Assembly: GCA_011043375.1 (NCBI GenBank)
Contig: DQYP01000172.1
Location: forward strand, 1 to 39,086
DNA: 39,086 nt
DNA from: Thermotogaceae bacterium
Lineage (GTDB): Bacteria; Thermotogota; Thermotogae; B21-G9; HyVt-16
Reading direction: 5' to 3'
A model generated the notes under the pieces. The model was not told the origin of the DNA and ran no database searches. It worked only from the letters and a program-made list of their open reading frames with translations. Positions 33,585 through 39,086 of this stretch are shown here, in pieces; the first letter of the stretch is position 1; each line of letters begins with the position of its first letter. A program made the position numbers and the translations under genes.

Positions 33585-34027
33585 GCGTTCTGTTGATTAA
33601 TTTTGTTGGAATTTTTAAATACTTTTACGAAACAATCCAGCATCTTGCGAGCCACATATCCATAATCCAATCTATCGATTTGTAAGAGCTCTTTTTCTAC
33701 CCAAATCTGCACATAAATAGTGAGCCAATCATCTTCTTCCGTCTCTACGCCGTTGTATCTAATCATAGCAGGATTGATGTTATAATTCTCTTTTAAAAAC
33801 AGTAAAGCTTTTCCTGCTATCCAGTCGACGCTTGTATCCTCACCCCAAGGAAAAGCCTCCAACACTTTATCAAACTCTGTCTCGCTGATATAGTCGAACA
33901 ATTCTTCGCTCCCGAAGTAATCCACTTGTACAGTGAAAAGATATGCATCAGCCGCATCTGAAAAGCCCACTTGTATTCTTAAATCTAGTTCTGGTATAGT
34001 GTCCACGAAAGTGTGAAGCACACTCAT
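33575..34027 (-). CDS. hypothetical protein (the alternative GTG 34123 start would add a basic low-complexity extension)
   Basis: ATG 34027 lies 8 nt after GAGGAG. The last three codons overlap the tRNA 5' acceptor strand. Confidence 0.55.
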   Translation of the reverse strand: MSVLHTFVDTIPELDLRIQVGFSDAADAYLFTVQVDYFGSEELFDYISETEFDKVLEAFPWGEDTSVDWIAGKALLFLKENYNINPAMIRYNGVETEEDDWLTIYVQIWVEKELLQIDRLDYGYVARKMLDCFVKVFKNSNKINQQNAGA

Positions 34028-34127
34028 CGGTCTCACTCCTCTTCTTGAACCAAAACCTCGCCTTTCACCTTTCTTTTCAGAGTTATCATCTTTCTCCCCT
34101 CCCCTTTTTCCATTTGTTTTCACTCAT

Positions 34128-34297
34128 CTGTTCACCTCCCAATCTTGGCCAAGTATTTTCTAAAAGGTTGGAGGCTTTGGCGGGCGCTGAGGCCCACCGA
34201 CGGTCATTTTCGCCCCCTCGCACTCAGGCGACGGGTTGCCTCCACCCATTCCCTCTCCCACCCCCGCCTTCACGGTCGGGGGGGAACCACAACCTTC
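34128..34297 (-). ncRNA. GC-rich structured RNA / leader candidate (family unknown)
   Basis: By eye this ~170-nt island is far more GC-rich than its AT-rich flanks. It starts directly downstream of a near-consensus promoter, has many complementary G-run/C-run segments, and carries no credible ORF. Confidence 0.45.
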
Positions 34298-34304
34298 ACT
34301 ATTA

Positions 34305-34333
34305 TATATACCACACTTTTCAAGGTTTGTCAA
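34305..34333 (-). promoter_or_regulatory. near-consensus sigma70 promoter
   Basis: The minus strand reads TTGACA, a 17-nt spacer ending in TGTGG, then TATATA. Confidence 0.6.
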
Positions 34334-34646
34334 GAGGGTATTTTGAATTTTTGTTAAAACGTGTTCCTATGCCAACCAAGCGAATATGTACAGGATCAAA
34401 AACAGTCTTTACCCACCATGCTGCAAAGTTCTCTATAATCTCCCCAATCCAATGCATAAACAAAGCAAAAACTATTATCAAGAAACTAAGAGCATAAAAT
34501 GGCCACATCAAACTCTTCAGCACCATATAAACCCAATATCCGAGTTCTTTCCAGTACAACTTAGTGACTTCCCAACTAAACCATACAAATCCTATAAAAG
34601 CTCCAACAACGCCTCCAAGATAAATACTCAAAATGATTCCCCACAT
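34320..34646 (-). CDS. small integral membrane protein
   Basis: Three hydrophobic segments. The 3' end overlaps the promoter at 34305-34333. Confidence 0.55.
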   Translation of the reverse strand: MWGIILSIYLGGVVGAFIGFVWFSWEVTKLYWKELGYWVYMVLKSLMWPFYALSFLIIVFALFMHWIGEIIENFAAWWVKTVFDPVHIRLVGIGTRFNKNSKYPLDKP

Positions 34647-34655
34647 ACTCCCACC

Positions 34656-35042
34656 TCAGAGCCATAGTTCCCCGAGATGTTTTCCAATTAGATGAAATGC
34701 TTCTAGTGCCATCTCACTATACATAGGACTTTTGCGTCGCGTGTGATCCCAGATAGATTCGTAATATCTCAAAAGCAAAGAATGAGCTCTGCGCAAATCT
34801 CTATATACTTCACATTGATGACGCGCAACTTCTTCGAAGTAATCCTCACAGTTCTCTCCTTCCGCGCCCTCTATAATTTCAGATTCTTTAAAGAACAATT
34901 CAAGAGCATTGATGAGAACAATCACCAAGAAGTGATCAAGATCGTAAACGTCAGTCGGGCTAACACCGTATTCTAGCCTATATTTGCGATCTTCTTCGTC
35001 CAGAGGCCAGTCAACATCAGGCAAGGCAAACTTAATCATCAT
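34656..35042 (-). CDS. hypothetical protein
   Basis: ATGATGA overlap with the upstream gene. Confidence 0.6.
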   Translation of the reverse strand: MMIKFALPDVDWPLDEEDRKYRLEYGVSPTDVYDLDHFLVIVLINALELFFKESEIIEGAEGENCEDYFEEVARHQCEVYRDLRRAHSLLLRYYESIWDHTRRKSPMYSEMALEAFHLIGKHLGELWL

Positions 35043-35506
35043 TTCACCTCCTCTAATAACTTATCCCTCAAATTTAAGAGTTCCTCAGAAATGGTTTTAT
35101 ACAAAGCCTCAATATCTTCAGGATTATCAAGCTCTTTCCATTCCATATTGGGTGGGTTGGTTGACACAATATATCTCACAGTCAATTCACCGTGATCTAA
35201 TTGCAAAGAGACGCTGAGGAAGATACAAGTTTTATCTGATAGGCGTCTTGAAAAACGCAACTGAATATCAAGTGTTTTTAATTTTTGGGTGTCAATGAAC
35301 AAAGTTGACACATTCTCATCCAAAACCTTCACCTTTATACCATTTTCCGTCAGGTCTACATCTAATGCGCCATTGAAGGTCACGAAAGTTAAAAGATTGT
35401 CCTCAACCACTGCCAATACTACCTTGTACAACGACATATAAAACCGCTTTGCAATAGATTTTATCTCTTTCAGTAACGGTACAAGATCGTGAAAGGTTTG
35501 TGCCAT
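35039..35506 (-). CDS. hypothetical protein
   Basis: ATG 35506 follows GGGGTGAG. The tracked start at 35602 lies inside the upstream gene. Confidence 0.55.
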   Translation of the reverse strand: MAQTFHDLVPLLKEIKSIAKRFYMSLYKVVLAVVEDNLLTFVTFNGALDVDLTENGIKVKVLDENVSTLFIDTQKLKTLDIQLRFSRRLSDKTCIFLSVSLQLDHGELTVRYIVSTNPPNMEWKELDNPEDIEALYKTISEELLNLRDKLLEEVK

Positions 35507-35507
35507 T

Positions 35508-35735
35508 TTACTCACCCCATCTATGAGTTTCTTTCCACCTTTGGGCTTTCTCTTTAAGATATTCAATCCAATCCATAAGTTCGTCGTAAGGTACAAACAC
35601 ACAAAGGGCGTAAGCTAGATCTTCTAAATCAAACATCATATTTCCATTGAGACTAAATTCAACCTCTTTTTCTCCGAGCTTCAACACACCTTCCAAATTA
35701 TCAAACATTATAAATGGCCGCTTTTTCATGTCCAT
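35508..35735 (-). CDS. hypothetical protein
   Basis: ATG 35735 lies about 10 nt after AAGGAG. Confidence 0.5.
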   Translation of the reverse strand: MDMKKRPFIMFDNLEGVLKLGEKEVEFSLNGNMMFDLEDLAYALCVFVPYDELMDWIEYLKEKAQRWKETHRWGE

Positions 35736-36232
35736 ATCATGCCAACTCCTTGCAACTTGCACTCTTCCCAACCACCATATTCACACCTATAAATGCGCAC
35801 CGTATAATGATCTACGACTTCAATATCATCCTCGGTAATTTTGAAAACTTCCTTGTAAGACTCAGGTATTTGCTTATAAAACCAATAAACATCGCAAATT
35901 TCATCCAACTCGCCGAATAACCTGCTGATAGCCAACCAAGCCTCCAAAGGGATTTTTTCAAGAATTTCTTTTACATCCTTGGCGCTGTAATATCTCAAGT
36001 CTGAAAAAGTCGATAACAACGATAGTTCGTGATTTTCTTGACCATCTGGATAGATATAAGGAAGATCTTCTAAAATTTCCAATTGCTCTATAAATTCACG
36101 CCACGTTCTGTCTGTTCGTTCGATAATTTCTTCTGCAGACATCGATAGATCAAAATGGACAGCAGGTGGAAGACGGACTATTTTTACACGATCGTCATGG
36201 AGTCTAAAAACCACATAATATTCCATACTCAT
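35726..36232 (-). CDS. hypothetical protein
   Basis: RBS AAGGAGGG 6 nt upstream. Confidence 0.6.
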   Translation of the reverse strand: MSMEYYVVFRLHDDRVKIVRLPPAVHFDLSMSAEEIIERTDRTWREFIEQLEILEDLPYIYPDGQENHELSLLSTFSDLRYYSAKDVKEILEKIPLEAWLAISRLFGELDEICDVYWFYKQIPESYKEVFKITEDDIEVVDHYTVRIYRCEYGGWEECKLQGVGMIWT

Positions 36233-36244
36233 AGTGCTCCCTCC

Positions 36245-36601
36245 TTACGAAATAATGGTCGGTTGTGTTCCGCCCTTCAGCCATTCGTAAACCATTTTCA
36301 ATTCGGTATCTGTTGAATTCATTGACATAACATCTATCACGAACGGCATATCTTCCTCATCATGCTTGAGTTCTATAAATCTTTCCCTTTCGTTTTCACG
36401 CCATTCAACATCGACTATTTCGAAATCAGGAATAGAGCTTTGAATGTGTCCGTAAAGAAATACTAGCACATTCACTTCATCATCGCGGGCTATTTGAGAC
36501 AGCGCAGGAAACACTGTAAAATGAAACCCTCCAGGAAGCGAAACTCGAAGCAAAAGCGTTGCAGTAAAAGGATATTCAGAAATCAGATAAGACAATCTCA
36601 T
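36245..36601 (-). CDS. hypothetical protein
   Basis: ATGA overlap with the upstream gene. Confidence 0.6.
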   Translation of the reverse strand: MRLSYLISEYPFTATLLLRVSLPGGFHFTVFPALSQIARDDEVNVLVFLYGHIQSSIPDFEIVDVEWRENERERFIELKHDEEDMPFVIDVMSMNSTDTELKMVYEWLKGGTQPTIIS

Positions 36602-37101
36602 CGGTTATCCACCTCGCACGCACCAAGCAAAACTTTTGATTCATTTTGAATTCCAAAAACACAACTTACTAAAAATTTTTGATTCCACATGCCTACCACC
36701 CATACTATATCAGAATTAAATGTTGTGAAAGCTTTATTTGCCAGTAGTAAAGAGGCAATATAAAGCTTTTGAGCATCTTCTGTAGAATAGCCTGCGTGAT
36801 ATACAAAACGCCCTTTGCCTTGTTTCACCATAAAAAGCGCATAAGCGACTTCATACTCTGATGTTTTGAAAGAAGTCAAAAATCCAGTTATATCAGCTGC
36901 ATAAAGCAAGGCGGGAGTAAAACTATCTTGCCAATTTATAACCACACGTTCCCAGTTGTTCCAAAATGGTGCGCCCAAACTTTCGGCTATAAACGGATCC
37001 ATTATTCTCCCAAAATCGTCGTATCCCATTACAAACAGCCCTGTCCCAAAAACAAAAGAAGTTGCAATCAGCAAACACAAAACAAACTTACTCATCAACA
37101 T
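36598..37101 (-). CDS. hypothetical exported or membrane-anchored protein
   Basis: The N-terminus KFVLCLLIATSFVFGTGLFVMG is hydrophobic. Coupled to the SLT gene. Confidence 0.55.
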   Translation of the reverse strand: MLMSKFVLCLLIATSFVFGTGLFVMGYDDFGRIMDPFIAESLGAPFWNNWERVVINWQDSFTPALLYAADITGFLTSFKTSEYEVAYALFMVKQGKGRFVYHAGYSTEDAQKLYIASLLLANKAFTTFNSDIVWVVGMWNQKFLVSCVFGIQNESKVLLGACEVDNR

Positions 37102-37603
37102 CGCCTCCCCTCCGCCTTCTTGTTAACCACCTTAGACTGGGATCTTTTTTAAGCTGCTGATAATACCATTCAACATCGGTATAGTGTTTCCATGTTTCGG
37201 TGGGAACGAATTCATCAATTACCGCATTGTCAGGTGGCAATCGCAACCATTTCTTTAAGTTTCCATAACCATAATTCCATGCAATACCGACTGCAATAAT
37301 ATCGGGTTCATATCCCAACCTGCGTATTCTTCGTTTTGTGAGTTTCAAAAATCTCAATCCAACTTCCAAGTTCACCCTCGGATCAAATAGATCATCATAA
37401 ACATAATGCGTACCATAGATCTTGTTTACATCCCTCAAGGCTATCCTCGAAATCTGCATCAACCCTCTTGCTTCTCCAGAATCTTTCAAAGGATCACCGT
37501 CGCTTTCCGCTAAGATTATTGCCATAACATGCGCGGGGTCTTCATCAAACTCTTCACATTTCTTCTTTACCATCTCCCAGAGCTTCTTAAAATCAGGTTT
37601 CAT
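37088..37603 (-). CDS. lytic transglycosylase (SLT domain), no obvious signal peptide
   Basis: RBS GGAGGTGA. Motifs AIILAESDG, ARGLMQI and AWNYGYGN. Confidence 0.75.
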   Translation of the reverse strand: MKPDFKKLWEMVKKKCEEFDEDPAHVMAIILAESDGDPLKDSGEARGLMQISRIALRDVNKIYGTHYVYDDLFDPRVNLEVGLRFLKLTKRRIRRLGYEPDIIAVGIAWNYGYGNLKKWLRLPPDNAVIDEFVPTETWKHYTDVEWYYQQLKKDPSLRWLTRRRRGGDVDE

Positions 37604-37622
37604 CCTTTCACCTCCAGTCTAT

Positions 37623-37651
37623 TATATACCACATTTTTCTTGTTTTGTCAA
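37623..37651 (-). promoter_or_regulatory. near-consensus sigma70 promoter
   Basis: The minus strand reads TTGACA, a 17-nt spacer ending in TGTGG, then TATATA. Confidence 0.55.
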
Positions 37652-37654
37652 AAA

Positions 37655-38017
37655 TTATTTCCAAGATCGCTTTAATTTTTCCAACTCGATCGGTTTACCT
37701 TCAGGTAGTTTGCGAATAAGGGCTCGAATCGTATATTCGGTTATGTTGATGTTTTTAGTGAGCTCTTCAATCACCGCAAAATATTTTGGATAAACATTTT
37801 GAATTTCTACGCTTTCATAACACTTTGCAACATCTTCGGAAAATGGTAAGCCGTCACGTTTAATCCAAGTAACGTTCAAGAGCCTTTGATCGTTTTTCCA
37901 AGTCCATAACAGATCAGCCACAAACGCTTTCAACATATACTCCTCACGTGTTTTTGAAAGACGTTTTACCATTCCTAAAACTCGTTTTGTTTCGTCAAAT
38001 AGTCCTAAAAATCCCAT
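37655..38017 (-). CDS. hypothetical protein
   Basis: ORF overlapping the thyX 3' end by 13 nt. Confidence 0.55.
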   Translation of the reverse strand: MGFLGLFDETKRVLGMVKRLSKTREEYMLKAFVADLLWTWKNDQRLLNVTWIKRDGLPFSEDVAKCYESVEIQNVYPKYFAVIEELTKNINITEYTIRALIRKLPEGKPIELEKLKRSWK

Positions 38018-38655
38018 TTATACCATCCCCTCAACATTTCCCAAAGTTCCGGATGAATTTCATAAAGTTTTTCAAATAGTTCTATTGCAAATCTGCGAAA
38101 TTCACACAAAACGTTTTCTTTATGCCTGAGTTCAATGAGATGCCCCAATTCTCGAGCGTTTGTTGTTGCCACGAAAGCGGTTTTAAAGGCTTCTGGAAGT
38201 AAGTATTTCAAGACGTCATTGGGTAGTTCTTGGATATGGGATTTAATGTATTCTAACTGTTTTAAGTTCTGCTCTGTAATATTACGATAGTAAAGCTCAA
38301 AATAACGCTGAGGCACTTCGGGATCAGTGCAAGGAACAACCAACAGATCATCCAAGGCGTTTGTTTTTAAAAGTTTCTTCAGAGCAAATCTAGTAGACTG
38401 TACAGTTAAAGAAATATGCCTATGGCGCACGAATTCTTGCAAAAAAGCTCTTGAAACCCCTTCAACTTCGAATGTGTACACGAAATGCTCTAATACACTG
38501 TGATGCCCTTGCTCTATCACTAGATAAAGCAATTTTTTATCGTTAGGCCCCAACTTGTTTTCTTTGGAATCAAGCCTGCCCAAAGAAGCATGTGAAAAGC
38601 GTATAGCACGCATAACCGTCTCATATGGTGTGTAATGTGTTATGTTAATTTCCAT
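38005..38655 (-). CDS. thyX: FAD-dependent thymidylate synthase ThyX
   Basis: ThyX signature RHRHISLTVQSTRF (RHRxxSxxxxSxR) plus HHSVLEH. ATG 38655 lies about 10 nt after GGAGGA. Confidence 0.85.
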   Translation of the reverse strand: MEINITHYTPYETVMRAIRFSHASLGRLDSKENKLGPNDKKLLYLVIEQGHHSVLEHFVYTFEVEGVSRAFLQEFVRHRHISLTVQSTRFALKKLLKTNALDDLLVVPCTDPEVPQRYFELYYRNITEQNLKQLEYIKSHIQELPNDVLKYLLPEAFKTAFVATTNARELGHLIELRHKENVLCEFRRFAIELFEKLYEIHPELWEMLRGWYKWDF

Positions 38656-38660
38656 GTTTA

Positions 38661-39002
38661 TCATTCCTCCAGCCAGATTTTCCAAAATGCAACCTTGCCC
38701 TCTCTAGCTAACAATCTCACATATGCTTCATCCATAGAAGAAACGATCCTAGCGTGCGGAGCGACCGAACACAGAAGAAACACATTTGCTCTCGTTAAAA
38801 TTACTGGTCTTACACCCACTTCAACAGGCTCGCCCAGCAACGCTTCTATGATATTAGCGGTTCTTTGGTCGTTGAGAGCATTTATGTAGCCTGCTTTCAA
38901 TTCGAGTTTGAACTCTTCTGGGTTTAATTGGGCAAAGTTTACTTTGCAGCTCCGAAATGGAAGCATCCACGTGCTGAAACGATCAACAAGAATTCGCGTC
39001 AT
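38661..39002 (-). CDS. hypothetical protein (faint resemblance to DUF1874 / archaeal-virus B116-like proteins)
   Basis: ATG 39002 lies 8 nt after AAGGAGG. The segment NALNDQRTANIIEALLGEPVEV loosely recalls the DUF1874 core. Low certainty. Confidence 0.5.
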   Translation of the reverse strand: MTRILVDRFSTWMLPFRSCKVNFAQLNPEEFKLELKAGYINALNDQRTANIIEALLGEPVEVGVRPVILTRANVFLLCSVAPHARIVSSMDEAYVRLLAREGKVAFWKIWLEE

Positions 39003-39086
39003 CAATATCGCCTCCTTTTCCTTCCCCTTCGGGGATGTTTCTTTCTTTCTTCTTCGTCTTCAATATACCCCCAGAGCCACCAGACA

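Noticed and set aside
34128-34297. Assignment of the GC-rich RNA to a known riboswitch class (SAM-I, cobalamin, ykkC, ZTP, c-di-GMP) or to tmRNA
   Set aside because: Only short chance-like matches were seen by eye (AGGGAA..GGTG, GGCAACC). The core conserved boxes of each class are missing. The family is left unassigned pending a covariance-model search.
34045-34497. Plus-strand ORFs (150 aa and 70 aa) crossing the GC-rich island
   Set aside because: The Arg/Pro/His-rich translations are typical of reading through GC-rich RNA-like sequence. They have no RBS, lie antisense to a strong promoter and overlap a membrane-protein gene.

Overview
The window is a large segment of a siphovirus-type phage or prophage. 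The host is moderately AT-rich and probably thermophilic. That host guess is inference from very strong GGAGGTG-type ribosome-binding sites, GC-rich islands confined to RNA genes, and SpeH and ThyX that resemble Thermotoga-type proteins from memory.

Layout:
1. 1-15.7 kb, + strand, late module: tape measure (1535 aa), 1090-aa FN3-bearing tail/host-specificity protein, lipoprotein, a decayed hicB-hicA pair, tail/baseplate ORFs, XhlA-like and holin-like membrane proteins, a phage-borne S-adenosylmethionine decarboxylase, a LamG-like fibre protein, a permuted NlpC/P60 endolysin candidate and a metallophosphoesterase.
2. 20.5 to 15.7 kb, - strand, early operon: strongly acidic first gene and a secreted SLT transglycosylase.
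3. 20.5-21.4 kb: divergent control region with repeated boxes and nested palindromes.
4. 21.4-25.4 kb, + strand, early operon carrying an amidoligase plus class II glutamine amidotransferase pair.
5. A stand-alone RHH-like gene next to a 1.2-kb non-coding, iteron- and palindrome-rich region that looks like an origin.
6. 39.0 to 27.0 kb, - strand operons: ThyX, a second SLT, a GC-rich structured-RNA candidate, tRNA-Arg(UCU), an XRE regulator, an N4/N6 DNA methyltransferase, a possible AEP-like protein, an operon-embedded TnpB, and a terminal Panacea/DUF4065-like module.

I saw no integrase, terminase, portal, capsid, rRNA or CRISPR array. All functional calls come from motif recognition by eye and none was verified by a search.
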